Of a stretch of 64,000 nucleotides of DNA, positions 18,201-31,650 are shown piece by piece. The stretch lies in the NCBI RefSeq assembly GCF_009914755.1, contig NC_060925.1; one strand, given 5' to 3'. Numbering within the stretch: the stretch's first letter is position 1; each line of letters opens with the position of its first letter. The position numbers were made by a program, and so were the translations under genes. The notes beneath the pieces were generated by a model, which was given only the letters and a program-made list of their open reading frames with translations, was not told the DNA's origin and made no database searches. This stretch comes from the human T2T-CHM13v2.0 reference genome, Homo sapiens.

Positions 18201-18984
18201 TTTAACAATTTACTGCCTAAAAAAGACAGTTTTCTTTGTTTAAAAATAATATGATTTAAGAAGAAGTCATTATAATAAAAAGATTTGTTGGACTATTGGA
18301 TAGTCCTCTTTGAAAACATCTGGAAGTTCTAGTTCACTTACTGCCACCATCATCAAAGCATGACATAGCTGTGTGTTTCCAGAATGGAAGCAGGGCCCTG
18401 AAGAGGAGACAGAGTGAAAGAAAAGACCAAGAGAACCTGGAATCATGAGGGGAGAAGGAAGAAGACCGTTATGGTGGGTCTCCTAAACATACATCACAAT
18501 TACGCTGTATCCCAGCCAGAGATGGAAAATATTTATGCAACATCCTCTAAATACCATGTGTGCAGGAAATCAACTAATAGGGGCATTGAGTTCTTTCTGG
18601 TGATAGATGAAACCTGTTTTCCTTCTCAGGCATGATAGGTACAACCTAGGGGTTACACATGAATGCAAGTTTGCCAACAATGCACCTAGCCCAGACCATG
18701 TCTTTGCAGATACTAAGCATCTAACAAATATTTGTCTCCTTTAATTAAATTATTTCTTATACATTTGGTTTTCTCCACATGAAGTTTAGCCTTTAATTTG
18801 ACAGAATCAGTAGGGAGAGGAGTCACACTTGTAAAATGTCATTTTAAACAATTAACATGTTTATCACAAAAGCACTGATGATAAAAATAAATAAGATGAG
18901 ATAATTTTTGGACAGCAGGGAATGTAGGAGAATTTTCTCTTTCAGTCAGAGACAGATAATTTTCACTTTAATTGGGAGACCATG

Positions 18985-19180
18985 GGGTGTAATGAAACAA
19001 TTTCTAGATCAGTGGTCTAAGGCTATATTCTAGACCTTGATCTCCCATGAAGAGGTTGTATAATCTTAGGCAAGTTACTTTGGCTTTCCTTAACGTTCTA
19101 ATATCAGGGATGTTGTGAGAACCCAATGAGATAATCCATGCTGCAACCCTACACAAATGTTGCCATGTTGGAAAAGTATA
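18985..19180 (+). mobile_element. MIR SINE (decayed)
   Basis: 'cttaggcaagttactt', 'gttgtgagaa...aatgagataatccatg'. Confidence 0.6.
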
Positions 19181-19364
19181 AATGATTTTGTTGTCGATCA
19201 CAATACCTGATGCACATTCAGCTTTCTGTAAGCAACTGCAGATCAAACTTAAGTTTCTTCATTTTAGATTTCCATAACCCCCATGTGTATGTTCTACTGA
19301 TACACAAAAGTATAACAATAAAAAGAGGTGAAATATCTTAATTATATACAATACCTAAATAATT

Positions 19365-19525
19365 CTTACAACAACACTGTGAGGTTTCCATCTTTGATAT
19401 CCTCTTTTCACACATGAGGGTTACAAAGGTTACATAACTGCAAACAAGGATTTATAACTGGTAGATGCTAAAGAAAAGATTCAGCATAGGTCTACTGGTC
19501 ACTAACATCCATATCACTTCCATCA
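19365..19525 (-). mobile_element. MIR SINE (decayed)
   Basis: 'acaacactgtgagg...cttttcacacatgagg...aaggttacataact'. Confidence 0.5.
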
Positions 19526-20998
19526 TGGAATATTTCTTCTATTTGATATATAATTCTCTCTGAGTCCCTAAAGGAGATTTTCTCAGGGTAGAAAAGATAT
19601 CCACTATAGGCTCACAATTGTTAAATAAGCCCCTAAATAATTCACATGTGTTTTAAAGACAAATGCATGTATGTGCACGCACATACATGCAATATGTATA
19701 TATCCACATGATATTAATCAATGCCATGAGAATAATGCATGTCTGTACAGAAATCTGTATGTTCATGGACCTGTTTCTCATTTGCTAATTTCTTTACTTT
19801 ACATAATTATCTTCTCTTGTTAAAAGGAATGTAATGTGGGATGTTTTCATTAGAAAAGTTTCTATTAATTTAAAGAGTGTTCTGCTTGCAATACCACTGA
19901 GATAATCAGAACTGGTAACACAAAGGAATAATAATATAACAAGCCAATCTTTCTATCATAATACCACCATTCCCCTAGCAGCTCCTCAAAAAAATGAAAA
20001 TTTTTATTCAGACTGCAATATTTATTTTAAATAGAAATAGAACTATGTGCTGAAGTATTCATAAAAGCTCTGGTTACCTGTGAATCCCAGAGGCAGCCAT
20101 CTATACATTAGCATAGATGATAATTGCCTGCTTTTTGATGATGTGTACAAATTTGACATTCCAGCTACCTGTTTCCATGAGCAAGTATAAAATATTTACC
20201 ACTTTTGGCATCTGACCAACTAATTACCTTCAAAAATACATCCAGAGTAGGCATAAAATATAAAATTAAAACTTTTAAAATAGTTTTACTACAAACTTTA
20301 ACTTTATATTGTCTTTTAATGCTAAGTAGTCTTTACAGGTAAAAGTCTAAGGGTATTGGAAGTTATGCAATAATCCTAGAAAAATAACAAAGGTCATGCC
20401 AGTGGTTTTAAAACATATTTTATGTATTTAATTGAAAATCACATCGCCTTTACTTTCTTTCAGCATATATTGTACTTAATGCTAAACATTAGCCCTCAGA
20501 ATAAAGAAATGAATAATATATGAGTTGCTCTTTATTATGATTTTGAAGACTAATTTAAAATTAATTTTCAGGACTATTATGGAATACCAAATGTCATGTT
20601 CACTAGTACCTGTACTCTGCTTCCCAATTGCAATGTGCTGTTTGCCACAGCCATCTGTTCATATTCTCTCTTCCAACTTGAATATCGAAAGAACCTGTTT
20701 CAAAAGGGAAAGAATTAAGGATTCAAAGTTTTCCACATTTTTGCAGAAAGTTCATATAAAATTTACACACTGTATATAAGAATTATGCAAAAAAATACAA
20801 TTATAGGAACTAACAAAAATTATCTGTGATATGCTTGGGTTTGCCAGAAATGTCTGGTATTGTATTTAAGTAATAGTTCTCATTGCACAAATGCTCATAA
20901 AGTTTGTAATACGAAGTCTACAGGGACTGTGAATATGAATGCAATGAATAACTATGAGGTGTAATATATTCTAAAAAATAATACTGGAAGAGAGTATT

Positions 20999-21399
20999 TG
21001 TTTTTGTTTGTTTGTTTTTGTTTTGTTTTCATTTTTGTTTTTGTTTATTTGAGACAGAGTCTCACTCTGTTGCCCAGGCTGGAATACAGTGGCGTGAACT
21101 TACTGCAATGGCGCAGTGAATGGAATGCAGTGAATGGAATGGCGCAGTGAATGGAATGCAGTGGCTGAGCTCACTGCAAGCTACGCCCCCGGGTTCATGC
21201 CATTCTCCTGCCTCGGCCTCCTGAGTAGCTGGGACTACAGGTGCCCACCACCATGCCTGGTTAATTTTTTTGTATTTTTTTAGTAGAGACGGGGTTTCAC
21301 CGTGTTAGCCAGGATGGTCTCGATCTCCTGACCTCGTGATCCGCCCACCTCAGCCACCCAAAGTGTTGGGATTACAGGCTTGAGCCACCGCGCCCTGCC
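20999..21399 (-). mobile_element. AluY with ~70-nt internal micro-repeat insertion
   Basis: AluY diagnostics 'gccattctcc', 'gtgttagccaggatgg', 'gacctcgtgatcc'; TSD tggaa(g/a)agagtatt at 20985-20998 and 21400-21413. Confidence 0.95.
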
Positions 21400-22085
21400 T
21401 GGAAAAGAGTATTGTCATACGAATGGGAGCTAAATGTCCAAGGAAACCTTCAGCACATCAAGATTATACTCATCAAGCAAGAAGGACTCCTTAATGTTTA
21501 AATGAGAATCTTTTGGCTGGTGACTGTGAAAGTGAGAGCCTTTTTAAGCAACTGACAGTTTCAAACTTGTGACATTTTGTCTATCCAGACAGAATAGATT
21601 CATAAGTGAACAACTTTTTGAATCTACTCTATATTGAGCATTGTACTAATTTGAGGAAATGGAGAAGAAAGGAAAGAGGATACAAAGAAAACGATAAACT
21701 GCTTACCTCCAATTCACTTTATATCCAATAGAAAGAATATATAGGCTAACATATATTGTCCGGAAAAAGAGAATAGAAAACCATGTAATCTAGTAACAAA
21801 TAAAAGAAGCAATACAAACAGCTCTCACATCCACCAATTGCAAAGTAATAGGCCTAAGGCAGAAACGCTCCTTTTGAAAAGAAATTTAGATAATCTAAAG
21901 ATAATAACTTATGAATATATCATCAAGGTGTTTCCATATTCCCAAAGTAGATTGAGGAGATGACTTTGACAAAATTTGTTATGTAAAAGCGGCAGGCATG
22001 GGATTATTTCTCTCCCTTTGCTGATAAGTGTAAATGGTGCCTATTTCCTTACCAGGTCACTTGCTCAATGCTTGGAATAAATTCC

Positions 22086-22297
22086 AGAAGAAAATGTGAT
22101 CTGCCTGTGACATCTCAGGTCCATTGATCACCATGGTTGATGTAACTGATCAGGCCAGTTCCATAGGCATCAGTTTCTTCTTCATCACTTTATTTGTATC
22201 ATACTAAAGCTGTAATTCTAATCAATTTTCAGGTAAAAGTAAACATTCTTAATGGCTATACAAAGGGAGGAATTCTATTGCTAGAGGCTCCAAACAA
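22086..22297 (+). pseudogene. RN7SKP: 7SK snRNA retropseudogene, 3'-truncated and heavily diverged
   Basis: 'gtgatctgcctgtgacatctcaggtccattgatcaccatggttgatgtaactgatcaggc' aligns to recalled 7SK 'GCGATCTGGCTGCGACATCTGTCACCCCATTGATCGCCAGGGTTGATTCGGCTGATCTGGC'; collinear downstream 'tgctagaggctccaaacaa' matches 'TGCTAGAACCTCCAAACAA'. Confidence 0.85.
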
Positions 22298-23589
22298 ATC
22301 AACTTTATTTCTATATCCATTACTCAGTTCAACTAATTTGAGACTGTAGTTTTTATTATCCATGTAACTAATTAATTTTTGTCACATTTGTAAAATCACT
22401 GAGTAAGACTGAATCATGTCTCTGATAGCCATGTCCACAACTTTTCTAGTTGGCATGAGCTGCCAAAACCGAATCAATGCTACCATGATCCTGAACAATC
22501 AATGACACGCTCAAATATATTCAGGCTGGATGAGTGGCAATTCAATTGATTCTGCTTTACATATTCCACAATATTAAGCGTTTATTTTAGCACAAGTCAA
22601 GAACAACTTGAATTGCCAAGTGCCTACAGAGAAGTAATGTTGGGGCAATGTAAGATCAGTAAAAGGCAGAGTTTCTGCCCAGGTGGAGATGGAAAGCAAA
22701 CACAAGTGAAAAAGATTTAAAAATGATGGCATCATCTATTGTTATAGATAAGAACACATACCTCATTACTTATGAGAGTACAGCACATTGTTTCATTAAT
22801 TGAAAATCGGGTGGAATAGTTATCCGAGACAAAAAAAAAAAAGGGTCATATGCATTCGCCCACATATATATATTTAAAGTTATTAGTCCATTATTGAAAA
22901 GAGATTCCTCTAAAAGGTACCCAAGGGAGCAAAAAAGGAGACACTAATGTCCTTTTTTCTTTCCCAGACCATCAAGTAAGCCCAATTAAAGAGCTTGATA
23001 TATCAGACAGGGTTTTAGTGAATGTGTCAGCATGGAATACAAGCACTGTAGCTAAGGAGAATGGATTATATGTTTCCAAAACCAATGTACGTTATATAAT
23101 CTACCCTGTGGTGATCATGGGGTGAGACACATCAGGTGGGGCTAATCAAACAAGCTTTACGAGTAAACACTTCCATGTATATATATATATTTTTTCAGTT
23201 GGAACCACATTTCCAAGAATAGCTTTTATTCAATTCAACAAACTCCTGTTTTTAATAGTTCACTTAAACCTTTTTTTAACAATTCATTACAGGCTGAAAA
23301 AGGCTCTGTAAAGCATTTTGAAATAGGCTTCGCACTAATGTGATAAGAGATATCTTTTGAAAAATAAAGTGAAATAAAATCCAGGAAAGCATATGGTGCT
23401 TACCACTCAGAAATTTCTGTTTTTTTTTTTTTTTTTAATACTAAGATTCACTAGAGAACACTGGAGTTTTTAAGAAACAAACAAAAGTACTTCCATAGCT
23501 AGAGGGATGCTCTTGCTTCTCCTGTATTTTAGTTAGCTTTAAGAATGGTATCATTACATGTTTTAGAAGCAACATTAAGAGTTGAGTAG

Positions 23590-23810
23590 GAAGAAAACTA
23601 ATGCTTATTTTGAACCTACTATTACATATTATGCTAGGAATTTTGCATGTGATCTCCCATTAGTCTTGAAACAATTCTTTCAGATAATACCATTATCCTA
23701 CTTTACAAATTAAAATTTTAGAAACTTTCTCAACATCTCACTGCCTTGAAAAGCAGCAGGATGTATACTCAGACTTCTAATTCAAATTCAAAATCATACA
23801 CTTTGCAAAA
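23590..23810 (-). mobile_element. MIR SINE (decayed)
   Basis: 'aatgcttattttgaacctact...ccattatcctactttacaaat'. Confidence 0.55.
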
Positions 23811-24298
23811 TGTACCTGAGAAACCATGGTCAACAGAAACAACATGCCCCTGACTTCATAGAATTGACAGACTGATTACCACTATGAAAAACAAGACCCC
23901 TGGAAGACTTTCAAAATTCTTATCTGCTAAGTATATTAGGGCCTCCAAGAAAACCCCAAAGCTATCCTACCACGTGTACACTATGGAAATTTGGAGAGTC
24001 TATAACCAAAGAAAGTTCTTCAAGAGTTTTAAAACGGGACAAAGAGAGCCTTCTCCTTACTTTATTCTCCTTGTCCCCTTGAGGTTGGTATTCTACATGT
24101 GTGGGGTAGGAAGAATTAAGCAAGTGGTTAAAAAAAGTGGATCAGAAGAAAACAAATTATTCAATTACATCTATAAGGTTAGATTATTTTTCTAAATGTT
24201 TCTGTTTGATTGAAGAGAAAAAATAAACTACAGGAGCTGGGCGAGAGAGCTAGTGATAGGGGTACTGTGGAGACGAGAAGGGAGAAACACATGCTTAA

Positions 24299-24658
<360 letters not shown>

Positions 24659-24709
24659 AAAAGACCAAAATGCTATGAAGAATGCATAAGAAAGAGGTCA
24701 AAGGGGAAC

Positions 24710-24935
24710 TATCAGCTTTATGGAATGCCTACCTATTACCAAGTGTTTCATTGCATAATTTTCGTATAATCATCACAATGACCCTGGAAATAAGTGATGC
24801 ATTCAGATTTTATAGATGGGTAATCTGAAGTTCAGAGAATTTAAACAACTAGCCCAAGGCAACGCAGACCGTTGAACAGGGTTTGAATAAAGACAATGTG
24901 ACAAAGCCATGCCCCAGGCATTACCACTATACTGA
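24710..24935 (-). mobile_element. MIR SINE
   Basis: 'attttatagatgggtaatctgaagttcagagaatttaaacaactagcccaagg'. Confidence 0.8.
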
Positions 24936-25049
24936 ACTGACCTTACCAGCTGGAAAGCTTAAAGATGTGTATGCGCTTGTGTGTACTTGTGTTTCTATAA
25001 CCCACACCATGGATATACTTGCAAGTAAATGGGGATATTATTTGGCTTA

Positions 25050-25480
25050 TCACATGCCCACAATTCTCTGCCCAAATCTCCTCAGAAATCATGCCCCATA
25101 TCCCCTCCCACATAGCTCCCTACTGTAAGCAACTTTGGCTGCCAGTCTGGCCATTGGAGCTGCCCAGGTGGGGCTACAGAGACCAAATGCACTGCGGAAT
25201 TAATGATCTCTTCCCCACCTTCCAGCAGTGCTTAACAAATGACTTAGCTTTCTACATGAACAACTCTAAGGGACACTGCAGTTTCCCAGAAATCCAGAGG
25301 GACTGAGCTTCATTTGCCCACAGAGGTACCTGCTCACTAACATCCCCTGCCTTAGCTCCATTCCCTTTTTTTTTCTCCCTTTCTCACTTGCCAACTATTT
25401 CCTGGGACCACTTCCCAAATAAAACTCTTCCATTCAATACATAGCTCAGGTCCAGCTTCAAAGGAAACTCCACCTAACAC
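25050..25480 (+). mobile_element. Old ERVL-class LTR (LTR33/LTR16-like)
   Basis: 3' end 'ttcctgggaccacttcccaaataaaactctt...ctcaggtccagcttc...cctaaca'. Confidence 0.55.
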
Positions 25481-27315
25481 AGTTAGCCTTCAGAGAAAAG
25501 GAAGAATTTGAACTGAACCTTGAAAAAAAAAATAGGTGAAATTACAAAAGGGAGGAGAATAAAAGAAATGGAAGCCAGCTACAAAGCATAGGTATAGAAA
25601 ACCCTACGTCAATTTGAAGGTAGATAGAAACTAGGTCAGCAGATTGAGCATGGTACATCCTTAAGAATGCCACAAAATCACATAAATATTCTCGGTCATT
25701 TTTCTTTTTCTAGGCAAAGGCTTTAGAAGAATTATCATTTGCTCACACTGTCACTCTTCTTTACTTAGGAAGATTAGGATATTTTTTATTGGGAACCATT
25801 TATTTCCTGCCATATTTCAGAACAGATTTGAGAAGACTGAAAGGCCAATATGAGTAGTACCTACAAACTTTGAAGTTCTTACTCTCCTGCTGAACTATTA
25901 CAATAGTCCTATTGATATAATTTTTCATAATGTAAACAATAAGAAGAATAAGAAATAGACAGGTAAGACAGTGTTAATGCAATGACTGACATATATTCCG
26001 AGTTTCCTGATCACTGTGCTATTTAAAGGTAATTTTGTTAAAGAGGCTTTCCTCTCCTGCATTTGCCTTATTGCCTACTGACATATATATTTGGGAAGTG
26101 GGGGTGACCTTTTTTATTTTTGTTTTACTTAATATGCTTATAATGGCTCAAAATTTTTTTTTCTAGAGAAAGGAGGGAAAAAATATCAGTTTGGAATTGA
26201 GATATACTTCCTAGGAAATGTTTTTGATATCTTGAAAATTTAGGGATGATGCACTAGAGCTTCAGCAGAAACAAAGTACAAAATATCTTCGTATGTCCTT
26301 CTTAATCTTTAGAGTGAAGAGATAGTATTTTCTAGCTTTACATAGAAAATTACTAAAACTATGTTTTTGAAAGGAATATATTTAATATAACAAAGGACTG
26401 GTGTTGCTCCCCTTATGTTTTTTCATTTAAAAAAATTTTTTAAATTCAACATCACTTACCCTTAACTTGTTTTTAAAGTTTTAGAGAAACTCGGTTGCAG
26501 ATTATAAGCACATATCTAACCGCAGTTTGCTTTGGGGCTAGCAATATGACTTTGCAAAAGTCAGAAATTGCTGAAGGTTATAAAAAATCTCCATTATGGG
26601 TGTTATTAGGTTTTGAGGAATAAACTGCTTTGCCTGGACCAAACTCTATTTCAAGGGCAGCATTTGGAATTGTGAAAAGACTCATACAGTATTTTCCCTT
26701 TTCACCTTTCAAGAAATTGCATATGAAACAATTTGTTTCACTGAGAGCTCAGTGTTTATTCCACCTATATTAGCCCTAACTGACTGAATGATGTTTGTGA
26801 ATCCTTGAGGTTTGTTTGATAACAAAAGTAGCATCCAATTCAAGCAGTTTCTTTCAAGCAACCTTGAGAAAATTCCTAAAACTGCAAAAGAGTGCTTGTA
26901 TGGACATTTTGCTGCACCATTAGATGACAGAAATGGAAGTTATTACATGGAAATTTCAGATGGAAAAGTGGTTTATTTTGTATTTTAATCCAAACATTGG
27001 GGCAAGGGATTGAAAGAATAAGAGCTTTTTTATTTTTGAAGACAGAGTAAATATAAATTATTATGGTTTGGCAATAATTTTTGTGTGTATGTTTCAAGGG
27101 TGTGAATGAAATGAGCTTTTTCCTTAAAGTAGCAGAACAAAAATTGCATTTTATTAACATAAATCTGGGGGCACTTTTCTTTTTTCATTTTAGGAATTAA
27201 TTATCCATAACAAAATTTATCTATGTATGATCATAATTAACTGTAAAATTTCTAATCTTAACTAGATAAAATCTCTAAAAATTAATTTCTAAAAAGTTAA
27301 TTTCTAATCAAATGT

Positions 27316-27716
27316 TATGGTAGGCAGAATAATGTTTACCAAAGGTATTCACATCTTAATCTCCAGAATTTGTGATATATTGTGTTACACAACAAGGCGG
27401 AATTAAAGTTGTACATGGAATTAAGGTTGCCAATCAGCTAACCTTAAAATATAGAGATTATCCAGGATTATCTGAGTGAGCCCAAGGCAATCACAAATGT
27501 CCTTTAAAGCAGAGAAGTAGGAGGCCATGAGCCAAGGAGTGCAGGTAACCTCTAGAATCAGGAAAATGAATTATCTCCTACAGAATCCAATAGCTTGATT
27601 TTTAGCCCAGTGAGACCTATTTTGGAATTCTGACCCATAGAACTGTAAAAAAAAATGTGTATTGTTTAAACACAGTGTGTGCTAATGTATTACAGCAGCA
27701 ATGGGAAATTAATGTG
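27316..27716 (+). mobile_element. MLT1D MaLR solo LTR
   Basis: 'tatggtaggcagaataatg', 'ggaattaaggttgccaatcagct', 'gagattatccaggattatc', 'tacagcagcaatgggaaattaat'. Confidence 0.88.
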
Positions 27717-28225
27717 TTAATCTGCAGTTTTTATTATATAAAATTAATCTATTTTATCATTGTGACAAATATTTAAGATATTTTTGGAAATGTAGGAAAA
27801 ATTTATGCCTCAATAGACAACTGCATTGTATATTACATATCCAACCAGGTTCTCTGATTCTGATTCTACAGTAGCTAATTTACAGCTCTAAAGTTTAGAT
27901 AACAGAAATTCAATATAATTCTTGTCTATGCACATGCAAATTCTGTTCTGTCCTATACAGTTTCAATTAACTTTCCTCCCCTACTGTAGAAAGAGCTAAT
28001 ATTGCCTCAATTTACACATTTAATATTCCCAGTCTATAAATGTGTTTGTCCTTTGGATTCTCCTCTGAATTGGTTATAGCACCTCAATAGCTTTCTCATA
28101 AATGAGTCAAATAAAATATTTTATCTATGTTCATTTTTGTATCTCTAGTCATTATTTTACCTGTTTTTGAAAATTGTCTCTTAACAAAAGTGACAGAAAG
28201 CTATCTCCAATTAAAATGAGAAAAG

Positions 28226-28358
28226 TGAGGAGAAGGAGGAGGAGAAGGAAAGAAGGAAGAAGAAAAGGAGAACAAGAAATAAGAGGAAGATGAGGAAGAG
28301 GAGAAGAAGGAAAAAGAGAAGGAAGAGAGGGAGAGAATGAGAAGTGGGAAAAGGAGAA
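28226..28358. repeat. GA-rich polypurine low-complexity tract
   Basis: ~130 nt of nearly pure A/G (gagaag/gaggaa units). Confidence 0.9.
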
Positions 28359-28775
28359 GTAGTCGTTAGAATTTCACTTATCTCGATGTACCCTGGAGAC
28401 TTTGGGCTTTGGGTACAACTAGGCAGCTGTGCTCAGATAATGCCCTCAGAGGTGTGGCTCCTGTTTAGCTTTCTCCCATGGTGGCTTTATTCTCAGGCAA
28501 GTTCTTTCTACATGAACCGAAGGATACTTTTTGGCAGTTCTAGGTTACTTGAGTCTCACCATGTGTGATCCTAAATGCAGACACTCTGTCCTAGTGTCTT
28601 TGTCAATTTCCTCATCGATTCAAACAGAAATCTACTGAATATAATGTGACTTGATATTACTATATCAGGGAATTTGGAATACATCAGAGAATACAACAAA
28701 GACCTTTATCCTCAAGGAACATATATCCTATTGAGAGAGATCTATTCTCAATATCCAAAATAAATGAGATGTTTG

Positions 28776-31223
28776 CAGCATACCTCAGAGATACAGCATG
28801 TTCAGTTCCAGACTACCGCAATAAAGCAAATATTGCAACAAAGCAAGTCACATGATTTTTTTTGTTTTCCCAGTACATATAAAAGTTATATTAACACTAA
28901 GCTGTAGTCAATTTAGTGTGTAACACCATTATATGTAAGAAAAAAAACCCCACAATATACATACCTTAACTATGTAACTAAAATATACTTTATTACTGAA
29001 AAATCCTAACAATCACATTAGCCTTCAGCAGTCATAATGTTTTTGCTGGTGGAGGGTCTTGCCTTGATGAAGGCTGCTAACTGATCAGGGTGGTGGTTGC
29101 TGAAGCCTGGGTGGCTGTAGCAATTTCTTCAAATAAGAAACCAATGAAGTTTTCCACATTAATTGACTCTTCCTTTCACAAAAGATTTCTCTGTAGCATG
29201 TGATGCTGTTTCATAGCATTTTACTCATAGTAGAACTTCTTTCAAAATTGGAGTCAATCCTCAGAAATCCTGCCACTGCTTTATCAACTAAGTTGATGGA
29301 ATATTCTAAATCCTTTGTTGTCATTTCAACAATATTCACAGCATTGATTCCATCTCTAGAAACTACTTTCTTTGCTCATCCCTAAGAAGCAACTCTTCAT
29401 CCATTCAAGTTTTAATCATGAGATTGTAGCAATTCAGTCACCTCTTCAGGCTCCACTTCCAATTTTATTTCTCTTGCTTATTTGTACCACATCTGCAGTG
29501 ACTTCCTCCACTGCAGTCTTGAACACCTCCAAGTCATCCATGAGAGTTGAAATCGACTTCTCCCAAAGTCCTGTTAATACTGATATCTTGACCTCCTCCC
29601 ATGAATCATGAATATAGTTAATGGCATCAAAAATGGTGAATCCTTTCCAGAAGGTTTTCAACTGGCTTTGCCCAGATTCATCAGAGGAATCCCTCTAAGG
29701 GACTATAGCCATACAAAATGTGTTCCTTAAATAGTAAGACTTGAAAATAAAAATTACTCCTTGATCCAGGGGCTGCAGAATGGATGTTGTTTTAGCAGGA
29801 ATAAAAACAACATTAGTCTCCTTGTACATCTCCGTAAGTGCTCTTGTGTGCATCTCCATCAGAGCTCTTGGGTGACCAGGCAAATAGCCAAGGAGCAATA
29901 CTATTTTGAAAGAAATCTTGTCTTTCTGAGCAGTAAGTCTTAACAGTGGGCTTAAAATATTGAGTAAACAATGCTGTAAACAGATGTGCTGTCATCCAGG
30001 CTTTGTTGTGCCCATTTATACAGCACAGGCAGAATAAATACAACATAATTCTTAAAATCTCTAGGGTTTTCAGAATGGTAAACGATCATTGCCTTCAACT
30101 TAAAGTCATCAGCTGCATTAGACCTTAACAAGAGCTTAGTCTATCATTTGAAGCTTTAAAGCCAAGCATTAACTTCTCCTCTCTAGCTTTGAAAGTCCTA
30201 GATGGCATCTTCTTCCAATAGAAAGCTGTTTTGTCTCCATTGAAAGTTGGTTATTTAGTGGAGTCACCTTCATCACTGATCTTAGGTAGACCTTCTGGAT
30301 AACTTGCTGCAGCTTCTCTATCAGGACTTGCTGCCTCACCTCACACTTGTATGTTATGGAGATGGCATTTTTTTTTTTTTTAAGACTCATGAAACATCCT
30401 CTGCTGGCTTCAAACTTTTTTTCTACAGCTTCCTCACCTCTCTTAGCAGTCATAAAATTGGAGAGAGTTAGAGGCTTGTTCTGAATTAGGTTTTGGCTTA
30501 AGGAAATATTGTGGTTGATTTGATCTTTTATCCAGACCACTAAAACTTTCCTCATATCAGCAGTAAGCCTGTTTTGTTTTCTTAATATTGATGTGTGCAA
30601 TGGAGTAGCACTTTTAATTTCCTTCAAGAACTTTTTCTTTGCATTCACACCTTGGCTAACTATGTGGCATAAGATGCCTAGTTTTCAACCTATCTTGGCT
30701 TTCAACATGCCTTTCTCACTAAACTTGATCGTTTCTAATTTTTGATTGAAAGTGGGAGACATGTGACTTTTCCTTTCACTTGAACGCTTAGAGGTACTTG
30801 TAGGGTTATTAACTGGCCTAATTTCAATACTGTTTTCTCTCAGGGAATTGGAGGGCAAGAGGAAAGTGAGCGAGATGAGGGATCACTTGGAGCAGTTAGA
30901 ACACACACAACATTTATCAGTTAAGTTCTCTGTCTTATATAGGCAGAGTTTGTGGTGCTCCAAAACAATTGTAGTAGTAACATCAAAGAGTGCTCATGAG
31001 TGCTATTTGATGCATAAGAGATATAATAATAATGAGACATTTTAAAATATTGCAAGAATTACCAAAACGTGACACAGAGACACAAAGTGGGCACATGCTA
31101 TTAGAAAAATGGCACCAATAGGCTTGCTGGACACAGGGTTGCCACAAACCTTCAATTTGTTATTAAAAAAAAGATATCTGCAAAGTACAATAAAGCAAAG
31201 AGTAATAAAACAAGGTATGCTTG
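28776..31223 (-). mobile_element. Tigger1 DNA transposon, essentially full length (~2.45 kb)
   Basis: Both termini present ('cagcatacctc' left; 'caaggtatgcttg' plus TA right) and pogo-type transposase fragments on the minus strand. Confidence 0.95.
29395..30760 (-). pseudogene. Disrupted Tigger1 transposase (TIGD1-like: CENP-B-type HTH and DDE domain)
   Basis: Fragments [68 protein letters not shown] in several frames. Confidence 0.88.
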
Positions 31224-31650
31224 TACATAGCATATTAGAGGATGATAAGTGCTATGTTCAAAGCAAAGGTAAAGTAGTGAAATCAAGAATATTAGACGTG
31301 GAGGCTGTCATTTAGCAGGTAAGATAGGCTCCACTGAAAGAGTGAGATTTGAGCACAAGCTCCAAGGTGATGAGGGAACGAGTCTTGTGTAGAAGTGTTT
31401 GAAGAGAATCCAAAGAGAAGAAATAGCCAATGCAAAGGCCCTACTCTCAGGTGAACTAATTTCCAGGAATAACAAGAAGGCCAGTCTGGGTGGAAAGAGT
31501 AAAAAAGAAGAAGAGTAAAGGGAGGTAGAGGGGTGGAGAACAAATCATGTAGGATCTCACATACCATTTTAATGACTTTAGCCATTCTTTGGATAAAATG
31601 AGAATTTTTGCAGTGTTTTGAGCAGAGGAATGGCATAATCTAACTTATGC

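Noticed and set aside
21107-21163. Short direct repeats resembling a CRISPR array or satellite III
   Set aside because: No unique spacers, only 2-3 units, built from Alu sequence in a primate genome.
29200-31315. Transposase ORFs as TIGD1 or another domesticated gene
   Set aside because: Multiple frameshifts, an altered catalytic motif and intact transposon termini indicate a neutral Tigger1 fossil.
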